Origin: a virus | Lineage: Duplodnaviria; Heunggongvirae; Uroviricota; Caudoviricetes | Direction: 5' to 3' (one strand) | DNA: 64,000 nucleotides | IMG/VR virus record: IMGVR_UViG_3300021255_003500 | Span: 9,962 to 73,961 of that record | In this document: positions 57,159 through 64,000 of the stretch, one piece after another | Layout of the letters: each line of letters begins with the position of its first letter | Numbering within the stretch: position 1 is the first letter of the stretch | Position numbers and translations under genes: made by a program | Notes under the pieces: model-generated | The model's database searches: none | The model's input: the letters and a program-made list of their open reading frames with translations, nothing else | What the model was told of the DNA's origin: nothing

Positions 57159-58591
57159 TTACGGCAGGGTGAAGATGGCTTCTTCTTCTGCTTCTTCATC
57201 CATATCTTCGTCTTCGTACACTTCTTCGGTGGTCTCGTCTTCCTCGCCGGTAGAATCCGTGGTGGTCAGCTCTTCCGCAGGCACTTCCAGGAGATGACGC
57301 TCCGACAGATACTGCTGCAGCTCCGGATATTTCACGTAGTCGCAGATATCGGAGAACTCACACATCTGGATGGTCTTCAGATCATGGTTATTGCTGAATT
57401 TGATCAGGTTATCCAGGAATTCCAGGGTCGCCTTGATGGTGTTCACCTTCAGCGTGCCCTTAAACAGCCGAAATTCCACGGTTTTGTCGTTCTGCAGATT
57501 GACCGCGCGATACCGGTCATAAGAGCCGTTGTACTTGTCGAACTTCTCCCGGATCTGGTCGTCGCTGTCGTTGGAGGTAGCTTCCATGCAGGGCTTCTTG
57601 GCCCAGCGGTTCAGGTTGTACATGTTGCGCCGGCTGAAGCGCACCATCTTGTCCCAGAAACGGTCCACCAGAATGATCACCTTGGCCAGGGTGCGTTCCT
57701 GATCGTTCCGATTGCGGCCGAAGGCCTGGCGATCCACATGCACGTGCAGACCGCAGGAGCTGGAGGCATCATGGCTGCGGTAACCATAGCGCAGCGCCGT
57801 GCTGGAGACCTTGTTCCAGGGGAACTCCGTCAGATGATAGCGCAGGGTGCAGGGCATGGTGATGAACTCGATGCCCTCCTCATTCAGGGAGCCGTCGTGG
57901 TTCATGTACGCCAAAGTCTCGTTCTCGGTGAGCTCGTACAGAGCCTCCGACCCGTCATCCGGGTTGCCGTCGTCCATCTCCAGCTCCACGCCGTAATAGG
58001 GCGTCTGCTGCGTAGCATCCCAGCCGCTGTAGGCAGGATCCTGTGCCACATCCTCGGAGATATGATGGAAGACAGTGCTCGGACGGCTGTGATAACCGCG
58101 AATCAGCTCCGGACGGTTGACTTCCTCGTAGCAGCTTTCGCAGTAATACTCGCCGTCATATTCGTAGCTGTCCTCATTGCGGATAATGTTGCCGCACTGA
58201 TAGCAGGTGCAGTAGTTCTCCTCATAGCAGTCTTCGCAGACGCAGGTGCCCGCATCATCTTCGCGGATAGCGGAACCCAGGAAGCGCTCGCCGCAGCATT
58301 CGCATTCCGTGGTCTGCTGATCGGCGCACTCCGGGCAGAGATAGACAGGCTCGTGGCGCCAATCGAAAGCGGTCACCATCTCGTCATCGTCGTTGTTGAA
58401 TACGTTTTCGCAGTAGTCGCAGCGATAATAGTCATCGCCATCGACGCAGTCGTTGCAAACAACGTGTTCCGTAGGCTGCCCACAGTGATAGACCACCTGG
58501 GCATCCTGACGGCGGGGAATCACCTGGTTGCAGTATTCACAGGTAAGGCTTTCAGTCTCGGTCGTTTCGGCATTCGTCAGAATTTCACTCA
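57159..58591 (-). CDS. Amidoligase (Amidoligase_2, GS-like) with an N-terminal Cys-rich multi-CxxC region.
   Basis: Motifs YYGVELEMDDG, SSSCGLHVHVD and TVEFRLFKG. ATG 58591 with RBS AAGGAGAGAAAAAC. Confidence 0.55.
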
Positions 58592-58615
58592 TGTTTTTCT
58601 CTCCTTGCGTTTCGC

Positions 58616-58747
58616 TTAGCACAGATCAGGAATCAGGTCTCCGGATCCGAAATCTTCATCGAGATCATCTTCTTCATCGATGTAGTACTCCGGTTCCGTT
58701 TCCTCGTGGAGGAAGGTGTCCCAATCGATATCCAAAATGTCGTTCAT
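58616..58747 (-). CDS. 43-aa highly acidic peptide ending in Cys (MNDILDIDWDTFLHEETEPEYYIDEEDDLDEDFGSGDLIPDLC).
   Basis: ATG with AAGGAG RBS. Directly upstream of the amidoligase. Confidence 0.4.
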   Translation of the reverse strand: MNDILDIDWDTFLHEETEPEYYIDEEDDLDEDFGSGDLIPDLC

Positions 58748-58869
58748 AACTGCTCCTTTTTTGTTTGCAGAAGAAAAGACTGCCGCACTGGTTTGGGTGC
58801 GGCAGTCAGGTTGTTTATTCAGTTGTAGAAAGAAGACCGATCAGATCAGGTCTCCCAGGGGAGCTCTTC

Positions 58870-59274
58870 TTAGGTCTCCCAAGGGAGCTCTTCGGTTTCG
58901 TAGGTGGGGATGGCAGTGGCGCGGCTGCCACGACCGGACTTGGGCGCAGGAGCAGCAGTGTTCCCGCCTTCAGCATTGCCGTTGCCGGAAAGGAACTCCA
59001 CGTTGCTGGCGCTCACCTGCAGGGATGCCGCAGGCTTGCCGGCCTTGTCCACGTAAGCGCGCACGCCTACACGGCCGGTGACCGCCACCTTGCGACCCTT
59101 GGCCAGGTACTTGGCGCAGGTATCGCCCAGGACGTTCCACGCGGCGACGTTGAAGTACGTGACGTTGTCCTTGCCTTCGTTGACGGCGACAGAGAAGTTG
59201 GTCACGTTGGCGTTGTTCACATTGCGGACTTCGGGATCGCGGGTCAGATTGCCGATGATAGTAATGTTGTTCAT
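58870..59274 (-). CDS. Second SSB-like OB-fold protein.
   Basis: MNNITIIGNLTRDPEVR... pattern. Confidence 0.55.
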   Translation of the reverse strand: MNNITIIGNLTRDPEVRNVNNANVTNFSVAVNEGKDNVTYFNVAAWNVLGDTCAKYLAKGRKVAVTGRVGVRAYVDKAGKPAASLQVSASNVEFLSGNGNAEGGNTAAPAPKSGRGSRATAIPTYETEELPWET

Positions 59275-59407
59275 GTTTCAAGTCTCCTTCTTGACTTATA
59301 TTCATAACGGGTTTTGCCCGTTATGTACGAAAGAAAAGTACCGAAAAGTGACGCCTCCGCAGAGACGCCACAGGCGACGCCGAGCGCAGAGAGGCGCGGC
59401 TTGGTTA

Positions 59408-59752
59408 TTATTCTCGGAAGAATAATGGATGCTCACAATGCCACCTTGCCGGAGGATCATAAAAACGCGAGTCGATCGCCCAAAACTCTACGCCTTGATA
59501 TCCGTACCAAAACGACGAATTCACGGGACGCCAGGAAGCTAAGAGATAAGATTGGTTTCCATAAATATTTTGTACGTCGTAGATCGGTTTGGATTCTTTA
59601 ATCCCGGTTGCGCATTGCATAAACGGCTGCTTTTCGCAGATTTCTCTGACGAACCAGAACGGTGGTCTCAGTATCCACTTGTATGCTATGACACGTGTAT
59701 TGTATTTTTCGACTTTGTATAAGACGTAGGTTATGTGTTTCATAGATCGCAT
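59408..59752 (-). CDS. Member 1 of a tandem five-gene paralog family (C-terminal ...EFWA...PLFFRE).
   Basis: Shared motifs with the neighbours. Confidence 0.5.
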   Translation of the reverse strand: MRSMKHITYVLYKVEKYNTRVIAYKWILRPPFWFVREICEKQPFMQCATGIKESKPIYDVQNIYGNQSYLLASWRPVNSSFWYGYQGVEFWAIDSRFYDPPARWHCEHPLFFRE

Positions 59753-59755
59753 CAG

Positions 59756-60088
59756 TTACTCCCGGAAAAGCAGCGGATAATCGCAGTAAAACTGCAGCTT
59801 CATGTCCCAGAAGTTTCCGCTGAAAGCCCAAAGCTCTATGCCTTGCACGTTGATCAACGGACAGTCCTTTATGAACCACGATGTCAGAAGACAGTAGTCT
59901 GAAGGGACCGCAGACGGCGTTTTGTAAATCGGCTGAGACTGCACCAATGGAAGGTTATTGGTATAACAGCCTGCTACATACGCTGCATTGATAATTGACC
60001 GAAGCTTCGGTCTGTAAGACCATCTGCTCATCAGTTCACGCTTGCCGGATGTATTTACGAGATACAGACCATACTTCAAATTCTTCAT
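59756..60088 (-). CDS. Member 2 of the tandem paralog family (...IELWAF...PLLFRE).
   Basis: Paralog of 59408..59752. Confidence 0.5.
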   Translation of the reverse strand: MKNLKYGLYLVNTSGKRELMSRWSYRPKLRSIINAAYVAGCYTNNLPLVQSQPIYKTPSAVPSDYCLLTSWFIKDCPLINVQGIELWAFSGNFWDMKLQFYCDYPLLFRE

Positions 60089-60097
60089 AGTTCACCT

Positions 60098-60472
60098 TCA
60101 AATAATTGGGAATTTGGGAAAGCATGTGTAGATCTGACTGGTCATACGGTTCCAGCTCCGATACTCATTGGATGTCCAGAATTCAAAACCGATAATGGTT
60201 CTCTGACCACAGTAACCAGCATAATGTACAGGTGTCGGAGGAACCGTCCAGTCCATCAGCAGCCAGGCGGAAGTGAGCTGGTTCGCGCAATTCTGTTCCT
60301 GCGGTGTCAGATAATGTCTGGACAATCCCAAACAATTTCCTAGATATGAATTTCCCAGATATGAAGCCATGACATGCTCCATGTGATCGACCGTCCATCG
60401 ATGGGTGCTGTAGTTCAGACAGATCCGCTTGTTTGTATCATCCACCGCCATCAAAAAGTACATTTTTGTCAT
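60098..60472 (-). CDS. Member 3 of the tandem paralog family (...GFEFWT...).
   Basis: Shared SAW/SW...EFW motifs. Confidence 0.45.
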   Translation of the reverse strand: MTKMYFLMAVDDTNKRICLNYSTHRWTVDHMEHVMASYLGNSYLGNCLGLSRHYLTPQEQNCANQLTSAWLLMDWTVPPTPVHYAGYCGQRTIIGFEFWTSNEYRSWNRMTSQIYTCFPKFPII

Positions 60473-60894
60473 TTGGTTCGTCCTCTTGTGATCAAAGGTT
60501 TCTTGAACGTCAATGTTTCCAGCTCATCCCAGGCTAGATCAGTGACATACAGCTCTGCGCCAACCATGGGTTGATATGACGGAGACTGATGATAGGCAAA
60601 CATCTCCATCGTTGGTCCTGGCACAAAAGGAAGGACTTTTATCAGATAAGTGCCGTTCTGGACACGCTGCCGATGCAGTGGTACATCAAGCCATTTCCCG
60701 TACGGATTATGCTTGTATGCTTCCGCATACTGAGACAAACTGTGGTAACTCCTCCACAACTCGATGTCGAAACCAGCACGGCGTGTGAGCAATTCAAACA
60801 AGCTGTCGTCCGTGATCCCTCTCCAGGCGTGAGTGAAACAGCAGCGCTTGCCTTCTTTGGTGACTGCACAGATCACGTATCGGGGATTTACCAT
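60469..60894 (-). CDS. Member 4 of the tandem paralog family (...FDIELW...). Start taken at Met 60894.
   Basis: The track ORF extends to 61116 and overlaps member 5. The internal ATG forms an ATGGTAA overlap with the stop of member 5. Confidence 0.4.
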   Translation of the reverse strand: MVNPRYVICAVTKEGKRCCFTHAWRGITDDSLFELLTRRAGFDIELWRSYHSLSQYAEAYKHNPYGKWLDVPLHRQRVQNGTYLIKVLPFVPGPTMEMFAYHQSPSYQPMVGAELYVTDLAWDELETLTFKKPLITRGRTK

Positions 60895-61232
60895 GGGTCC
60901 TCGCCTCCTATCACAGGCTTCTGCAGACCAAGCTGCCATTTGGGATAGGCCATAAACCAGAGCTCCATGCCCAGCTCCACATTCCCGGAATCGTCGCCAA
61001 TCCTTTTCGGAATCAGGTAAGAAAAGCTTTCCAGGCAGTAGCCTTGCGTGTGCTTCTGCTGACGCAGCGGTACCGTATGGCGAACGCCTGGCAACGCTTT
61101 TGTCAGCGCCTCCCAATAAGCTTTCGCGCTTGCAGGATCGCTTTCGATATGGTAATAGTCCCGAAGATATGTGTCTGTTTTCTGCTGATAATACACAAAA
61201 TAAACCATGTATTTATTCATCGTTCTCCACAT
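60888..61232 (-). CDS. Member 5 of the tandem paralog family (...LGMELWF...).
   Basis: Shared motif. Confidence 0.45.
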   Translation of the reverse strand: MWRTMNKYMVYFVYYQQKTDTYLRDYYHIESDPASAKAYWEALTKALPGVRHTVPLRQQKHTQGYCLESFSYLIPKRIGDDSGNVELGMELWFMAYPKWQLGLQKPVIGGEDPW

Positions 61233-61389
61233 CCTTTTCGGAACGTTCCTGAATCACATCAGTCAGTACGTTTTCGATATCCACAGCCAGACGAATGGGG
61301 ATCTTCACCAACAGATCCTGCATCGCAAAAGATTTGTCAATAGCATAACCAAGCTGCGCTTTCAGCAGCTGAATATCAGCAGTCGCCAT
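61213..61389 (-). CDS. Hypothetical small protein (start taken at MATADIQLL).
   Basis: Shortened from track ORF 61213..61536 to avoid overlap with 61376..61696. Confidence 0.3.
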   Translation of the reverse strand: MATADIQLLKAQLGYAIDKSFAMQDLLVKIPIRLAVDIENVLTDVIQERSEKDVENDE

Positions 61390-61696
61390 TGTCACCCACT
61401 CTTTCTGCCATGCGGCGGACAGCTTCTTCGAATGTAATATACTCATTGCTGTAACGATCATAAATCGACCCGTCTTTGTTCTGGAAGAATATCTGCTTCC
61501 CACCATAGGCACTGCTGATGATCTCCAGAACATCAAAAGGAGTCAGCTCTGTCGAATGTGTGATATCCCAGGAGGAATAACCGCCATCGCTGGCGCAATA
61601 GTCTAGAGTTGTGCCATCAGTACAGACAATCTTCACGCCAAAGCCGTCTATGTCTGTGCTCAGGATGGTTTTCCCGATCAGATCGTATTCATTCAT
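61376..61696 (-). CDS. Hypothetical protein.
   Basis: ORF with TGA stop. Confidence 0.45.
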   Translation of the reverse strand: MNEYDLIGKTILSTDIDGFGVKIVCTDGTTLDYCASDGGYSSWDITHSTELTPFDVLEIISSAYGGKQIFFQNKDGSIYDRYSNEYITFEEAVRRMAERVGDNGDC

Positions 61697-61715
61697 GAAT
61701 TTTCTCCCTTTTTCG

Positions 61716-61973
61716 TCAGTCTCCCGTGTTGCACGTAATGATTGGCGATGCGTAATAAGGCTGTGACGGATAAATAGGCGTTGTCACCACGATAGCTCTA
61801 TACCCGTCTTCATATCCTTGCTTATACGCATCGTCGATCAGCACCTGCAACTGTTCCGGCGTGAGCGTTGTTTTGCCGTTCTCGTCAACCGTAATAACGA
61901 TTGGCTTCATTTTGTTTCCTCCTTTGGCAGAGCAGGTAAATGCATCCAGTATGTCACATCGTCTTGTATCCAA
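61716..61973 (-). CDS. Hypothetical protein.
   Basis: ORF. Confidence 0.4.
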   Translation of the reverse strand: MDTRRCDILDAFTCSAKGGNKMKPIVITVDENGKTTLTPEQLQVLIDDAYKQGYEDGYRAIVVTTPIYPSQPYYASPIITCNTGD

Positions 61974-62320
61974 TCATCTTCTGAATCCCAGTCATAGAAT
62001 CCAGAGCGGTCGGGTTCACCGTCTTTGAACGTATAACTGAATTGCCGTTTTAAACTCAGAGTGAACATTGCGATCTTTATTTTAAAGATGCCACTGGTAA
62101 ACACGAGATATTTGCCTTCTTTTTCCGGCAGTCTGTCCTTTACGCTGATCCAGCCGTTGGCGGTCGGAAAAATCACGGGTTCCTGTGACTGCAAACGTTC
62201 GAGTTTGTCGTATACTTTATTAAGCACCTTGATAACATCGGGTGCGCCGTCAAACTCATCATATAATTCGGCGTAAATATCCAACACTTCCGCCTTGGAT
62301 ATCATGTCTATGTCAGCCAT
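61907..62320 (-). CDS. Hypothetical protein.
   Basis: ORF. Confidence 0.45.
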   Translation of the reverse strand: MADIDMISKAEVLDIYAELYDEFDGAPDVIKVLNKVYDKLERLQSQEPVIFPTANGWISVKDRLPEKEGKYLVFTSGIFKIKIAMFTLSLKRQFSYTFKDGEPDRSGFYDWDSEDDWIQDDVTYWMHLPALPKEETK

Positions 62321-62340
62321 TCCACTTCACCTTCTTTAGT

Positions 62341-63117
62341 TCAGTAGTCTACCGCTTCCTGACGGTTGATGAAAAAGTGTATACCGCTCGAACATTCATT
62401 AAAACGATCTTCATCAAACGGTAGATTTGGTGTTACCATTTCGCCTACTTTGTATACAAAATCTATGGCGAACTTCGAATATGCGGGGACTGTTTCCGCC
62501 AAAGGTTCTCCATTAAGCGTCTGTATTTCCAATACCATTGCTTTGGATGCCCTGCATTTACGTGTTGTAGCACTGCTCCGTTTCGCGTCTTCTGGAATGA
62601 GCAGTTTTACGATTACATCAAGACCGTTTTCATTTTTTGCCTTTTTCCATCCGATAAACGGACCTGTGTCCGGGCATACCATCGGTATGAACGGGACATT
62701 TTTAGCTCCTTGTAGGAAAGCATTTTGTAGATCAGCCCGTTTCAGATCAGCATTTTGCATGTCGGTCCATCGCAAATCGGTCCATTGCAAAATAGCCCTT
62801 TGCAGATTAGTCTCTCGCAGGTCAGCTTCTCGCAAGTCAGCTCCTCGAAGGTTAGCCTCTTCTAAGTCAGCTTCACGCAGGTCAGCTTCTCGCAGATCAG
62901 CATCTTGTAGGTCTGCCCCTTCCAGGTTAGCTCCTTGCATCTTAGCTCCTCGTAGGTCAGCCCCTCGCAGATCAACCCTTTTCAGATAAGCCTCTTGCAA
63001 GTCAGCCTCTTTCAGGTTAGCCCCTCGTAGGTCAGCCCTGCTGCCGCCTTTCATATGCGATACCCACAGCGTGTGAGCGCTCAGTACTTTCGCCAAGTTC
63101 GTTCCGTTAAACTTCAT
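62341..63117 (-). CDS. Pentapeptide-repeat protein with a C-terminal globular domain.
   Basis: About 25 tandem A(D/N)LxxA pentapeptides (ADLRGANLKEADLQEAYLKRVDLRGADLRGAKMQGANLEGADLQDADL...). Confidence 0.65.
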   Translation of the reverse strand: MKFNGTNLAKVLSAHTLWVSHMKGGSRADLRGANLKEADLQEAYLKRVDLRGADLRGAKMQGANLEGADLQDADLREADLREADLEEANLRGADLREADLRETNLQRAILQWTDLRWTDMQNADLKRADLQNAFLQGAKNVPFIPMVCPDTGPFIGWKKAKNENGLDVIVKLLIPEDAKRSSATTRKCRASKAMVLEIQTLNGEPLAETVPAYSKFAIDFVYKVGEMVTPNLPFDEDRFNECSSGIHFFINRQEAVDY

Positions 63118-63131
63118 TGTCTTCTCTCCTT

Positions 63132-63350
63132 TTAACTATCTGATGTTTGTTTATAGCTCACTGTCCTTCCGCAATGATGGCAGAACTTCGGGTTGCTGGC
63201 CAGCTGTTCACCGCAGCCTCCGCAGTAGCAGCGTCCAAGCTCGTCATATGTTGGCTTTGTTGGCGTTAAACGAGAGACGATTTCAGCCAGCTCGTCTCTG
63301 ATTTCCTGCTCAACAGCTTCGCGGATGTTAAAAACCGGTATTTTACTCAT
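63132..63350 (-). CDS. Small Zn-ribbon protein.
   Basis: CYCGGC...CHHCG. Confidence 0.45.
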   Translation of the reverse strand: MSKIPVFNIREAVEQEIRDELAEIVSRLTPTKPTYDELGRCYCGGCGEQLASNPKFCHHCGRTVSYKQTSDS

Positions 63351-63356
63351 CTCATT

Positions 63357-63542
63357 TCACCGTCTTTTCGCATTCTTGTGGAAGCCATGCCAATTATGAT
63401 ATCTACTCATTTTCTTTTTGAATCGTGCTTTTTTATACATTTTTCTTATTGGAACAACACAGCCATTATCGTTTACAATATATAGAACTATTCTGTTCAT
63501 TCCCACTTCACCACCCTTCCACAATATGGACAGAACACCCAT
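63357..63542 (-). CDS. Hypothetical small basic protein.
   Basis: ORF. Confidence 0.3.
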   Translation of the reverse strand: MGVLSILWKGGEVGMNRIVLYIVNDNGCVVPIRKMYKKARFKKKMSRYHNWHGFHKNAKRR

Positions 63543-63769
63543 TTAGAGATGAGATGCTTATGACAATGACCACATACTGTCCATTCGGTTTGTTCCATCT
63601 GTCTTATTGGTTCAACAGGTTCCTGCTCTTTCAATAGCTTGATAGCCTCTTCCACGTATGTTCCAATGCCGATAATCAGTTTGTCTCGCGTGTATTGGTG
63701 ATGTACCCAGCGAGAATAAGCCTCGTCGGAGATTTCTTGCAATCCGTTGCAGATTTGGTCTCTGGTCAC
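63497..63769 (-). CDS. Small Zn-ribbon protein.
   Basis: CGHC...CPYCG. Confidence 0.45.
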   Translation of the reverse strand: MTRDQICNGLQEISDEAYSRWVHHQYTRDKLIIGIGTYVEEAIKLLKEQEPVEPIRQMEQTEWTVCGHCHKHLISKWVFCPYCGRVVKWE

Positions 63770-63993
63770 TCTTGCTTCACCGCCTCATTCCACTTTCTGA
63801 TCGCGTCTGTGCTGTTCTTCCCGATAACCTTGAACCCGCAACGCTTGCAGACCAGAGCTTCGCAATCAATACCGTACCAGTGTTCACGGCGGACGCCTCC
63901 GCACTTGCACGGCAGCATGGCACGGGATTCACGTTTCTTCGGCTCCTGCGTTTTCAGTAAGGCGATAGCATCTTCGATGATATCCACTCTCAC
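63766..63993 (-). CDS. Small Zn-ribbon protein.
   Basis: CKCGG...CKRCG. Confidence 0.45.
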   Translation of the reverse strand: MRVDIIEDAIALLKTQEPKKRESRAMLPCKCGGVRREHWYGIDCEALVCKRCGFKVIGKNSTDAIRKWNEAVKQE

Positions 63994-64000
63994 AAATCGC

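Noticed and set aside
27830-58619. Long plus-strand ORFs opposite minus-strand genes (27830..28573, 34062..35192, 37105..37887, 37945..39201, 40914..42014, 43307..45520, 46408..48072, 48170..50095, 53923..55437, 56051..57172, 56808..58619, 62366..62989).
   Set aside because: All lie antisense to genes with clear homology (NrdD, DnaE, primase, RNAP, amidoligase, pentapeptide protein). They have low-complexity, Arg/Gly/His-rich compositions. They are treated as non-coding.

Overview
The whole 64-kb window is (pro)phage DNA from a large temperate siphovirus-like phage of a Gram-positive-type host. A plus-strand late module runs from 1 to about 20.8 kb: tape measure protein, a Dit with YD repeats, a 1388-aa Tal, many paralogous fibre/RBP genes, a BspA-like LRR protein, an NlpC/P60-SH3b endolysin, and holins. 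It ends in a bidirectional terminator, a tRNA 3' fragment that is probably the attP core, and a convergent tyrosine integrase. The remaining roughly 42 kb is a minus-strand early/DNA-metabolism module. It contains a YonO-like single-subunit RNAP, a primase-helicase, an intron-split DnaE, two SSBs, PD-(D/E)xK and SbcD-like nucleases, NrdD (with a mini-intein) and NrdG, ThyX, dUTPase, PhoH, a RuvC-like resolvase, ClpP, an SPFH protein, a NifS-like desulfurase and six tRNAs. The main observations follow. (1) TAG never terminates any of about 110 ORFs. It occurs in-frame at 18 or more positions in both late and early genes, often splitting conserved domains. The phage encodes a CUA-anticodon suppressor tRNA that is a tandem paralog of tRNA-Ser(UGA), so the amber codon is reassigned, probably to Ser. 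(2) There are two td-like group I introns, one in dnaE carrying a Zn-ribbon/PD-(D/E)xK-like HEG and one compact intron in a second gene. There are also free-standing GIY-YIG and HNH homing endonucleases. (3) Two paralogous small hydrophobic-peptide genes, gated by TAG and flanked by inverted repeats, sit on the opposite strand within the early region. (4) An amidoligase, a class-II GATase and an acidic-peptide gene form a module. (5) A tandem five-gene paralog array, a pentapeptide-repeat protein and Zn-ribbon small proteins are present. The ORF track treats TAG as a stop, so several of its ORFs are merged here.
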